Assembly: GCA_011046235.1 (NCBI GenBank)
Contig: DSAX01000105.1
Location: 1-36,523, forward strand
Direction: 5' to 3'
Length of the DNA stretch: 36,523 nt
Origin: Methanobacteriota archaeon
Lineage (GTDB): Archaea; Thermoplasmatota; Thermoplasmata; UBA10834; DTMW01
Part shown: positions 1 through 7,588 of the stretch, one piece after another
How positions within the stretch are numbered: the first letter of the stretch is position 1
Layout of the letters: the number at the start of each line of letters is the position of its first letter
Made by a program: the position numbers and the translations under genes
Notes under the pieces: generated by a model
The model's database searches: none
What the model saw: only the letters and a program-made list of their open reading frames with translations
Told to the model about the DNA's origin: nothing

Positions 1-73
1 ACTTATATCATGAGTTCCATAACGCGATAATAACAATCTAAATGAGTGAGGGGGTGAGAATATCAAGCAGGAA

Positions 74-277
74 TTGAAAGCAATCGGGATGTCAGCACTG
101 GCGACCATAATAATGATACTGCTGAGCATTATTTATTTTGCATTGACATTGCTCGTAATCAAGATCGCTACCGATGCCATTTTCGGAGCAGGTCTGGATG
201 AAAACTGGGCTGTTCTGGGTGCCGCAATCGTCACGATGGGATCCATGGTGGGCGCGAGTATTAGAAAGACATCGTGA
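74..277 (+). CDS. hypothetical small membrane protein (67 aa)
   Basis: ORF track. It has two hydrophobic stretches (ALATIIMILLSIIYFALTLLVI and AVLGAAIVTMGSMVGA). An oligo-T tract follows it. The start could be TTG at 74 or ATG at 89. No family recognised. Confidence 0.3.
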   Translation: MKAIGMSALATIIMILLSIIYFALTLLVIKIATDAIFGAGLDENWAVLGAAIVTMGSMVGASIRKTS

Positions 278-289
278 GAATATTACAAA

Positions 290-317
290 TTTTTTCAATT
301 TCTTTTTATTGTTTTTT
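290..317 (+). terminator. oligo-T tract (T6, T5, T6 runs) downstream of the small ORF; archaeal-type termination signal
   Basis: The sequence tttttt caatt tc ttttt att g tttttt lies directly after the stop at 275-277. Archaeal RNA polymerase terminates at oligo-T runs (established knowledge). Confidence 0.4.
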
Positions 318-371
318 CAATTGCATACGTGTTAACTTGGCATCGGGGATCCGAGTCAGCGATATGTTATT

Positions 372-1217
372 TCATCTGTCTATCGGTTTTATCGCCTGTA
401 CTTTGATGCTAATGATCGATTTCGCAAAATCCTCAAGGTCTTCTGGAGGGATGTCGAATTGCTCAATGATCGAATCTGGTAGTAACTGATCGCTCCAGGC
501 ATCCTTGCCAATCGAATTCTCCTCGATTATTCTCACATCCCCGAAGCCGGATTCCTCTATCAGTCTCAGATAATCCTCTTTGATTATCGCACCGGAGATG
601 CAGCCGATATATGCCTCCGCCGATTGCCTGATGCATTCCATGGATTCGGGGATTGCTCTGAGCAGGACAATGTCGGATATCATCATCCTCCCTCCGGGTT
701 TCAATACCCTAATTGCCTCCTCGAACACGCTTTTCTTGTCAGGTGACAGGTTTATCACGCAGTTGGAAATAATGACGTCTACGGAGCGATCTGTGACCGG
801 AAGCTGTTCGATTTCTCCAAGCCTGAATTCTACATTGGTGATTCCACCGCTTTCTGCATTGCTCTTTGCCCTGTCAATCATCTCCGGGGTCATATCGACG
901 CCGATCACCCTACCGCCTTTTCCGACTCGTTTTGCTGCGATAAAACAATCGAACCCAGCGCCGGATCCAAGGTCGAGGACTGTCTCGCCCTCTCGCAATG
1001 ATGCCAAGGCAACGGGATTTCCGCATCCGAGCCCGAGGTTCGAACCTTCTGGAACGCTCTTTAAATCCTCTTCCGAATATCCGATTTTCTCAGATATTCG
1101 ATTCTCCGAGCCATCTCCTTTCGAGCTGCAGCACGGCGATTTCGTTGAGCAGCAGCTGCCTACATTGGCAATTCGAGCATATCCTTCTCTGACGACCTTC
1201 TTGATATCTTTGTCCAT
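372..1217 (-). CDS. arsM: arsenite S-adenosylmethionine methyltransferase (ArsM/AS3MT family)
   Basis: The 281 aa ORF has an N-terminal Cys-rich stretch (CCSTKSPCCSS) and the SAM motif VLDLGSGAGFDCF. The stretches IGVDMTPEMI, VDVIISNCVINLSPDK, VLKPGGR and YIGCISGA match the ArsM pattern. ATG at 1215-1217. Confidence 0.85.
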   Translation of the reverse strand: MDKDIKKVVREGYARIANVGSCCSTKSPCCSSKGDGSENRISEKIGYSEEDLKSVPEGSNLGLGCGNPVALASLREGETVLDLGSGAGFDCFIAAKRVGKGGRVIGVDMTPEMIDRAKSNAESGGITNVEFRLGEIEQLPVTDRSVDVIISNCVINLSPDKKSVFEEAIRVLKPGGRMMISDIVLLRAIPESMECIRQSAEAYIGCISGAIIKEDYLRLIEESGFGDVRIIEENSIGKDAWSDQLLPDSIIEQFDIPPEDLEDFAKSIISIKVQAIKPIDR

Positions 1218-1243
1218 TTTTTACACTTCTTATTCGCCAAGAC

Positions 1244-1251
1244 AATATAAT
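1244..1251 (-). promoter_or_regulatory. TATA-like box for arsM; spacing implies a leaderless or near-leaderless mRNA
   Basis: The minus strand reads ATTATATT, centred about 30 nt upstream of the arsM ATG. No Shine-Dalgarno sequence lies in between. Confidence 0.35.
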
Positions 1252-1406
1252 TTGGATGTTCCATCTGATATTTCTCTGTTATCGAAATAAATTCTTTTCT
1301 GTAGGACATCGTTTTTGTTTTATACTCAAGAAAATATTGAATTCGATTTTGAGGACTTAGCCGCACGATCAGAATCGATCCAGATGTTACTGAGATATCG
1401 AGGAGT

Positions 1407-2081
1407 TCAGTTTCCTCTCCTCTTCATTGCCTTTTTCTCACTTATCTCTCTTTGGATTACGGTCCCGATGATCGACCCGATCAGTTCGATCCATTTGAGG
1501 TTTGTACGGTCCGGGAGCATTCCATTTTTTGCATTCGCGAGTTCGATCCAGGCGATCAATTCCTTGTCATACCCGTAAATATTGATTTCGATGTAATCCC
1601 CCTCTATGAACCGCTCCATCGAATCCCTCTGCAAGGAAATGACCTGGGGGCGGTTGTAAGAGATCAAATCCTCCTTCTTGTCGGATTTCATTCCCTCCGA
1701 TGTGCAGTACTCAGTCGTCTTGCTGAGGTTGACGAACGGATATTTCTCAGCGCTCACCATCTCGTCATAGGTGTAAACGAGCCGCTTATAGGCGAGCTCC
1801 GCCTCGTGCCGGAAGCCCAGTGTGACCTCGTACCTGTACAGTCCATCGTCGGTATTCTTGAGGCCGATGGCTATCTCCTTGAACTCGAAAAGGCGGTAAA
1901 TCGTCCTCGCGGCGTTGTCCAAGACCGTCTTCAGGTTGGCGTTCTTGTCCTTTGTTGACAATAGAAAGCTCTGGATCCCCTCTATGATCTTCTCCTGATC
2001 GTTCTTGGGTACAGGGGAATACCTCGTTCTGAGGAAAGAAACGAATTTTAAATCGAGGGGGGATTTCGTATCCTGGGACAA
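1407..2081 (-). CDS. hypothetical protein, possibly a stand-alone GAF-like sensor domain
   Basis: The 224 aa ORF has coding-like composition and an alternating beta/alpha pattern (FKEIAIGLKNTDDGLYRYEVTLGF ... GDYIEINIYGYDKELIAWIEL) reminiscent of GAF domains. The TTG start at 2081 is uncertain: a TTTAAAA motif lies inside the first codons, and an alternative TTG is at 1961. Confidence 0.45.
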   Translation of the reverse strand: MSQDTKSPLDLKFVSFLRTRYSPVPKNDQEKIIEGIQSFLLSTKDKNANLKTVLDNAARTIYRLFEFKEIAIGLKNTDDGLYRYEVTLGFRHEAELAYKRLVYTYDEMVSAEKYPFVNLSKTTEYCTSEGMKSDKKEDLISYNRPQVISLQRDSMERFIEGDYIEINIYGYDKELIAWIELANAKNGMLPDRTNLKWIELIGSIIGTVIQREISEKKAMKRRGN

Positions 2082-2115
2082 ACAATCTTAATATCTATCT
2101 CAGGGTATTTTGAAC

Positions 2116-2135
2116 TTTTGAGCACAATCTCAAAA
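2116..2135 (-). terminator. 7-bp perfect hairpin (TTTTGAG-N6-CTCAAAA) between folP and the downstream gene, next to oligo-T runs on the minus strand
   Basis: Arms at 2116-2122 and 2129-2135. On the minus strand the folP stop (2189-2191) is followed by TATTTTCG and GATTTTTCG. These form a 9-nt direct repeat, tatcgaaaa, at 2155-2163 and 2175-2183. Confidence 0.35.
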
Positions 2136-2188
2136 CTGAAATCATCTATCCAGATATCGAAAAATCGAAGTTTCTATCGAAAATACGT

Positions 2189-3424
2189 TCAGCCGCCACG
2201 ATTGCTGATTATCGCATCCAATACGTCTATCGCCCTCTTCGTCTCCCCGACATCGTGACACCGGATGATATCGGCGCCGTTCATGGCCGCCGCGCAGGCC
2301 GCGGCTATCGATCCCTCTATCCGTTCTTCCGCCGACCTTCCGGTGATCTGGCCTATGAACCACTTCCGGCTTGCGCCGAGTGAGATCGGATGCCCAAGGG
2401 TCCTAAATTCCGGCAGTCTCCTGATGATCTCGAGGTTGTCCTCCATCCTTTTGCCGAACCCGATTCCGGGGTCGACCGCTATCTGGGTATCGCTCAATCC
2501 CTCGGCAGTCGCCCTTTCCACGCGGTCGGAGAGGAAGTGCATTATCTCCCCCACGACGTCTTCATAGAGGGGATTCTCCTGCATGTCCTTTGGCGTGCCC
2601 TTCATGTGCATGACAATGACCGGGGTGCTTTTCTCCTTGCAGACGCAGATCATATCTTCGTCTGCAAGCCCGGTCACGTCGTTCACTATCGATGCTCCCG
2701 CGTCAATGGCCGCCCTGGCAACAACCGGCTTGTAAGTGTCAACAGAGATCGGAATCGATAGCTTGTCCGCGAGCTTCTCAATTACCGGTATTATCTTCTT
2801 GCTCTCCTTCTCCGCGTCCAACGGGGTCGCCCCGGGCTTCGTCGACTCTCCTCCGACATCGACGATATCCGCTCCCGCCTCCTCCATCTCCAGGGCTTTT
2901 TTCACCGCCAGCTCGACATTATCTCCCAGACCGTCACCGCTGAATGAATCTGCCGTCATGTTGATGATCCCCATGACCCTGGTGGAATCGAAGCTCAGCT
3001 CCCGCCCATCGGGGAGCTTCCAGGGCGAGGGCGTTCTCATGAAGTTATCGGCGGCCCTGAGCATCTCGTCCGCCAGCTCTCCCAATTTGAACGGCTGCAT
3101 CCTGAGGTTGGGCACCACCTTCTTCAACTGCTTCCGGGTTGCCATGACCAGCACGTTCAACCTCTCAATTCTGTTCGTGATCGCGTCCCGGTGTATCGCC
3201 ACATCCCCCCCGACTGAGAGGAAGCTCTCCTTCAGTATGATCGCCTCAGGGGGCCTGAGATCCTCCACCAGGATGTTGAAGTGCATCGCCTTGGGCGTCA
3301 TTATCCAGATGGCTTCGTCCTCGGTTCGGAGGCTCTTGATCTGATCCATTATCTCCTGCTTGTCTCCGTAGGTCCGGATTCTCGCCCGCAAGGCTGCCCC
3401 CCCTCGCTCAAAATGAACAGTCAC
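2189..3424 (-). CDS. folP: dihydropteroate synthase with an N-terminal extension of about 147 aa
   Basis: Pterin-binding domain motifs are present: MGIINMTADSFSGDG, DIVDVGGESTKPG, ISVDTYK, IVNDV, DPGIGFGK. The GTG at 3422-3424 lies 4 nt after the upstream stop, suggesting operon coupling. An alternative ATG is at 3349. Confidence 0.85.
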   Translation of the reverse strand: MTVHFERGGAALRARIRTYGDKQEIMDQIKSLRTEDEAIWIMTPKAMHFNILVEDLRPPEAIILKESFLSVGGDVAIHRDAITNRIERLNVLVMATRKQLKKVVPNLRMQPFKLGELADEMLRAADNFMRTPSPWKLPDGRELSFDSTRVMGIINMTADSFSGDGLGDNVELAVKKALEMEEAGADIVDVGGESTKPGATPLDAEKESKKIIPVIEKLADKLSIPISVDTYKPVVARAAIDAGASIVNDVTGLADEDMICVCKEKSTPVIVMHMKGTPKDMQENPLYEDVVGEIMHFLSDRVERATAEGLSDTQIAVDPGIGFGKRMEDNLEIIRRLPEFRTLGHPISLGASRKWFIGQITGRSAEERIEGSIAAACAAAMNGADIIRCHDVGETKRAIDVLDAIISNRGG

Positions 3425-3428
3425 GGTC

Positions 3429-4535
3429 TTAGATAAGCTGATCGATTACCTCGATCAGGTCCTTGACCTCCATATCCGAATTGCGTTTCTCCTTGCCAGA
3501 GTTGAGGTTGGTGACGCAGAACGGGCATGAGGTGAGTATCATCTCCGCGCCCACATCCGACGCCTGGTCGATCCTTCGGCCCGCGATCTCCTTCGCGTAA
3601 TCGGGAAACGCGGATCTGAGCCCGCCCCCGCCGCCGCAGCACTGCGCTGTGCTCCTGTTCAGCTCCATCTCGACGAACTCCGCCTCCGGTATGCTCCTTA
3701 TTATATCGCGCGGCGCCTCGTAAAGACCCACGTGCCTGCCCATGTGACAGGGATCGTGGAATGTGATCTTCTTTCTCAGCGGCTTGAGCTTCGCCCCGAG
3801 TCCTGCGATCTCCTCGTCTATGTGCTTGACCTCGAAGTTGAGGTCGACGTGCTTCGGGTACTCCTTCTTGAACATCCTGTAGCAGCCAGCACAAGTGAAT
3901 ACGACCTTCTCGACGCCCTTCTCCTCGATCTTCTTCAGGTTCTGGTTCATAAGATCCTTCATCGCCTCGTCGGACCAGCCTATCCTCTGAATGGTGGAGC
4001 CGCAGCAAACATCGTCGACGATCGTGAAGTCCTCGCCGAGCTTCTCGAGCACCGATATCGTGGCCTTCGCGATGCTGGGGAACCTGTACCTGGACGTGCA
4101 TCCCACGAAGTACCCGATCTTCGCCTTGTTCTTGCTCTCGTGCTTGAACTCTACCTTCTCCGTCTCGCCGTACGGGTTTCCGGTCCTGATGACATTTTCA
4201 ACGACATCTTTGTGATGTGGATATATGAAGCCGTTGCTGACCAGGTCTTTCCTGATGTTCTCGACGATATCCACCACCTTGATGTCCGAGGGGCAGCGCC
4301 TCTCGCAGTTCGCGCAGGTGGTGCACTGGTAGAGCCTCTCCATGACGGAGTCGTCCGCCGGGATCTCCTTCTCCCTCAGCCCGTAGGACAGTATGACCTT
4401 TCCCCTGGGCCCTACCCCCTCCCAGTTGGATATGTCGAAGACCGGGCAGACGCCCTTGCAGAACCCGCAGTAGGTGCAGGTCATCATCTCCTTTTCCAGG
4501 TCCCAGGAATGCTTCGTCTCGATGAACTTCTCCAT
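3429..4535 (-). CDS. (Fe-S)-binding oxidoreductase subunit with two 4Fe-4S ferredoxin motifs and two CCG domains (GlcF/GlpC/HdrD-like)
   Basis: Motifs CTYCGFCKGVCP and CTTCANCERRCP, then the CCG-type Cys patterns VGCTSRY...CCGS and HDPCH...CCGGGGG...CPFC. I trimmed the 477 aa track ORF to the ATG at 4533-4535 (MEKFIETK). The upstream 109 codons are Arg/Gly-rich and overlap the preceding gene. Confidence 0.8.
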   Translation of the reverse strand: MEKFIETKHSWDLEKEMMTCTYCGFCKGVCPVFDISNWEGVGPRGKVILSYGLREKEIPADDSVMERLYQCTTCANCERRCPSDIKVVDIVENIRKDLVSNGFIYPHHKDVVENVIRTGNPYGETEKVEFKHESKNKAKIGYFVGCTSRYRFPSIAKATISVLEKLGEDFTIVDDVCCGSTIQRIGWSDEAMKDLMNQNLKKIEEKGVEKVVFTCAGCYRMFKKEYPKHVDLNFEVKHIDEEIAGLGAKLKPLRKKITFHDPCHMGRHVGLYEAPRDIIRSIPEAEFVEMELNRSTAQCCGGGGGLRSAFPDYAKEIAGRRIDQASDVGAEMILTSCPFCVTNLNSGKEKRNSDMEVKDLIEVIDQLI

Positions 4536-4549
4536 GCTATCACTCTGAG

Positions 4550-5812
4550 CTATGATGGTTTGGGTATCGTCAACCCGCCGTCCATGATGATCGTGATCTT
4601 CGCCCCGTCGCTCCGCTCCCTGAGCGCCTCGGTAACGGCCTCGGACACGCTTCCGAACGGTCGCATCTGGGCCTTCCTGATCAGCGCCTCGTCCAACGGC
4701 GTCACAGCCCACAACTGCGACTTGACGCCGATCTCGGCCATCTTCCCCGCCTTGTGGTAGCCGAGCTTGTACTCGCTCTTCAGCTTCTCGATCACCGCCT
4801 TGCACGAGCTCTCGGATCCCAGCAGGTCGAGGAAGCTCTGGGAGCCGACGCCGCTCCTGCACGCCGAGACGAGTATGATTGTCCCGCCGTCCTTCAGCGC
4901 ATACTTGCCGTTGTCCAATGCCTTCTGCGACTGGTACAGGTCGATGTCAGTGGGCTTGGCCGCGACGGTCACGACTATGTCGGCCTGCCGCTCGATCGGC
5001 ACGACGAATACCTCGTCCGCCCTCTCGATCAACGCCTCGAAGGATTCCTTGAGCCCACCGGCAGCCGATGCGTAGGTCCTGTGATGGCTGTCCAGGACCG
5101 TCATGATGGCGAATATGTTGAGCTTCAGCAGCAGCTCCTCGGCATCGTCCAGCTCCTCCGCGATCGGGTTGCCCTTCAGTCGGAGCGCCTGGGCATCCGG
5201 AGAAATCGCCAGCCTGTGATTCCTCGTGATGGTCTCGTGGCCCGCCACTCCCGGCAAGAACGACTTTCTGCCGCCGGTGTAGCCGGCGAAATAGTGCGGT
5301 TCGATGCTGCCGATGGGAATGATGGCATCCGCCTCCTGGACGAGCTTGTTCAGCAGCACCTCAGTGCCGTGCCTGGTCTTTCCGAGGACGAAGCACTCGC
5401 TCTTCTTGGAGTCGTGTACCTCTATCCTGTCCTTGACCTCTGCGTATACGCCCCCGAGGATGAAGTCGTACTCATCCTCAGTCGGAGCCCTGTGGCTTCC
5501 GGTCGCGATCAGGATCTTGAAATTCTTCCCCTTGAGCACCGGATATATGATTTCCATGATCTTCGAGGTCGGGGTCGGCCTGGTCGCGTCGTTCACGATC
5601 AGGAGTATGCTCTTTCTCCCTTCCAGGAACCGCTCCAGGCCCGGAGAGTTGAGCGGGTTCATGATCGCGTCCCTGAGTGTCTCCATCTCGTCCTTGGATT
5701 CCACCTGGTTCGGGTAGATCACCTGCTCGATGTTCGCGTCGGGGATTTCGACCTCCTCAGGAGAGTCACCGAAGGGGATTTCTAATTTCAATTCCGCACC
5801 TTGCACGGCCAA
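4550..5812 (-). CDS. larA: LarA-family (DUF2088) nickel-pincer-dependent 2-hydroxyacid racemase/epimerase homolog
   Basis: The 420 aa ORF carries ATGSHRAPT, IEPHYFAGYTGGRKSFLPGV and TITRNHRL. From memory, these match the LarA His/Lys cofactor-binding positions (GFHRP, ESHFFAGFSGGRKS, ANH). Start is TTG at 5812 or TTG at 5791 (MKLEIPFG). Confidence 0.75.
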   Translation of the reverse strand: MAVQGAELKLEIPFGDSPEEVEIPDANIEQVIYPNQVESKDEMETLRDAIMNPLNSPGLERFLEGRKSILLIVNDATRPTPTSKIMEIIYPVLKGKNFKILIATGSHRAPTEDEYDFILGGVYAEVKDRIEVHDSKKSECFVLGKTRHGTEVLLNKLVQEADAIIPIGSIEPHYFAGYTGGRKSFLPGVAGHETITRNHRLAISPDAQALRLKGNPIAEELDDAEELLLKLNIFAIMTVLDSHHRTYASAAGGLKESFEALIERADEVFVVPIERQADIVVTVAAKPTDIDLYQSQKALDNGKYALKDGGTIILVSACRSGVGSQSFLDLLGSESSCKAVIEKLKSEYKLGYHKAGKMAEIGVKSQLWAVTPLDEALIRKAQMRPFGSVSEAVTEALRERSDGAKITIIMDGGLTIPKPS

Positions 5813-5869
5813 TAATGCGGACTATATTAGTAGTTTGCTATACTTTAGCACGGCTAACATACGCAAGGG

Positions 5870-5876
5870 TTAAAAA
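5870..5876 (+). promoter_or_regulatory. TATA box (TTAAAAA) for thiL; spacing implies a leaderless mRNA
   Basis: Centred about 28 nt upstream of the ATG at 5901, with no SD motif between. Confidence 0.4.
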
Positions 5877-5900
5877 CAGTAGACATATTTGTATTCCCAG

Positions 5901-6902
5901 ATGCCGGAGAACAGACGCGCCGAATCCCCACAACTAGCGGGACTCGGAGAGAGGAAAATCGTCGAAATGATGATATCTAAAATCAGGTCCTCGGCCGCCG
6001 TCCCGCTCGGGGACGACTGCGGCGGCGTGGAGATAGACGGCCGTCTTTTGCTCCTATCGACCGATACGAAGACCGCAGACGCTCATTTCCCATCCCAGTT
6101 CACATTCCGAGACATGGGCTGGGTCCTGGCAGCCGCCAACCTGAGCGACATCGCCGCCATGGGCGGAAGACCCGTGGCATTCCTGGTCGCCTACGGCCTC
6201 CCGGTAGAGACGGCACTCGACGATCTCGAAAAGATCCAGGACGGCATCCTCGCATGCCTCGAACGGTACGACACTCCGCTCTTGGGAGCCGATACGAAGG
6301 AGAACAGGTGCCTCACGCTCACGGGGACGGCTGTGGGTATTATCGACAAGGAACGGGTCCTTTTACGCAGCGGCTCCTCCCCTGGAGACCTCCTGTGCGT
6401 CACAGGCAGACTTGGAGGCGCAGCCCTGGGGCTGAAGTCCATGACCGAAGGATCGGGCCTGGAAACGGCTGAGGAGCGTCTCAGACGGCCCGAGCCTAGG
6501 ATCGACGAGGGGATGTTGCTGGCGAGTTCTGGAAAGGTGACCTCCTGCATCGACATATCAGATGGGCTGTCCTCATCTCTGTACGAGCTGATGAGGTCCA
6601 GTCACAGCGGCTTCGAGGTCGACGCTTCCAATGTGCCCCTGCACGCATCCCTTCGAGAATCTGGAATGGAGGAGCAGGAGATGATCCAGATGGCGCTTCA
6701 CTCCGGTGATGAGTACGAACTCCTTTTCACGGTCGGCGAGGAGCACATCGACTCCCTGAGAAAATCATTCCAGACCAAGAACCTGATCGACTTCGGAATC
6801 ATCGGTCGGGTGATTGATAAGGAGAAGATCGTGCTCAGAAATGAGGGCGTCGAGACGGAACTGGAAGATTTGGGATACAGGCACTTCATGCGGCTGAGAT
6901 GA
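5901..6902 (+). CDS. thiL: thiamine-monophosphate kinase (AIR synthase-related family)
   Basis: Motifs LGDDCGGVEI, LLLSTDT, ANLSDIAAMGG, DISDGLSSSL and SGDEYELLFT. I used the ATG at 5901 rather than the TTG at 5889. The stop overlaps the next gene's start (ATGA). Confidence 0.8.
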   Translation: MPENRRAESPQLAGLGERKIVEMMISKIRSSAAVPLGDDCGGVEIDGRLLLLSTDTKTADAHFPSQFTFRDMGWVLAAANLSDIAAMGGRPVAFLVAYGLPVETALDDLEKIQDGILACLERYDTPLLGADTKENRCLTLTGTAVGIIDKERVLLRSGSSPGDLLCVTGRLGGAALGLKSMTEGSGLETAEERLRRPEPRIDEGMLLASSGKVTSCIDISDGLSSSLYELMRSSHSGFEVDASNVPLHASLRESGMEEQEMIQMALHSGDEYELLFTVGEEHIDSLRKSFQTKNLIDFGIIGRVIDKEKIVLRNEGVETELEDLGYRHFMRLR

Positions 6903-7588
6903 TTTTCATGGTCGATCTCAGGGAACTTTACCTGCTGCTCAAAGAGCACTGGGGACATCTCTCCTGGTGGCCTGCTGAGAGCGCTTTTGAGGTGGCCGTG
7001 GGGGCGATCCTGACGCAGAGGACAGCCTGGCGGAATGTCGAGTCAGCGATAATGCGGCTCAAGGAAAAACAGGCGATGCATCCGGACGGCATACTCGGGA
7101 TTCCAGAGTTCGAACTCGCAGATATGCTGAGATGCTGCGGGTTCTACAGGCAGAAGTCCACCTACCTTAGGGATTTCTGCCGATTTCTCGTTTCAGAATT
7201 CGAAGGCGACATCGAAAAGATGAATGCTATGGGCGTCGAAGATGCGCGGCAGGCGCTGCTCTTGGTCAGGGGGATCGGCCAGGAGACTGCCGACAGCATC
7301 CTACTGTACGCCTGCGGGGTATCGACCTTCGTAATCGACGAATACACACGGAGAATCGTTTCCAGGATTGAGCGGACGGAAAAACCGGGATATCTCGTCC
7401 TCAAGCGCCGGTTCGAATCCGAGCTTCCCCCGGATATTAACATTTACAGGCAGTTCCACGCGCTCCTGGTCGAGCTGGGCAAGGGATACTGCAAGTCCAA
7501 ACCGGAGTGCCGGGGCTGCCCCGCGTTTACCGTCTGCCTGACAGCGGGAGCGTCAGTAGAGCGCGAACAGCGGGTTGCCCAGAAGTAA
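6899..7588 (+). CDS. endonuclease III-related HhH-GPD protein with a 4Fe-4S cluster loop
   Basis: AILTQRTAWRNV, helix-hairpin-helix LVRGIGQETADSILLY, and a C-terminal Cys cluster CKSKPECRGCPAFTVC. The start is translationally coupled to thiL by a 4-nt ATGA overlap. Confidence 0.75.
   Translation: MIFMVDLRELYLLLKEHWGHLSWWPAESAFEVAVGAILTQRTAWRNVESAIMRLKEKQAMHPDGILGIPEFELADMLRCCGFYRQKSTYLRDFCRFLVSEFEGDIEKMNAMGVEDARQALLLVRGIGQETADSILLYACGVSTFVIDEYTRRIVSRIERTEKPGYLVLKRRFESELPPDINIYRQFHALLVELGKGYCKSKPECRGCPAFTVCLTAGASVEREQRVAQK

Noticed and set aside
1036-1047. A 12-nt perfect palindrome AGGTTCGAACCT.
   Set aside because: It is inside the arsM coding region, short, and has no partner repeat. It is most likely a chance palindrome.
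580-1290. Long antisense or shadow ORFs, e.g. 580-1290, 2736-3344, 3732-4760, 4754-5785, 13934-14737, 20235-21002, 25268-26056, 25668-26534, 26363-27073, 28080-29021, 34077-34694.
   Set aside because: Each lies opposite or out of frame to a gene with strong family motifs. Their translations are Arg/Ser/Pro/Leu-rich with no recognisable motifs, as expected for stop-poor shadow frames in moderately GC-rich DNA.
1160-1366. A 68-aa minus-strand ORF in the arsM upstream region (possible uORF or small protein).
   Set aside because: It reads into arsM in a different frame across the arsM TATA box and start, and nothing else supports it. It is probably spurious.
4536-4862. The N-terminal 109 codons of the 477-aa track ORF (3429-4862).
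   Set aside because: The stretch is Arg/Gly/Asp-rich and low-complexity, and it overlaps the 3' end of the larA-like gene in another frame. A clean ATG with a conserved-looking Fe-S protein N-terminus is at 4535.
7405-7425. A tRNA T-arm-like string GGTTCGAATCC (7410-7420).
   Set aside because: The flanks (GCCGG / CCGAG) do not form a proper T-stem, and no acceptor, D or anticodon arms are present. It lies inside a well-supported EndoIII-family CDS.
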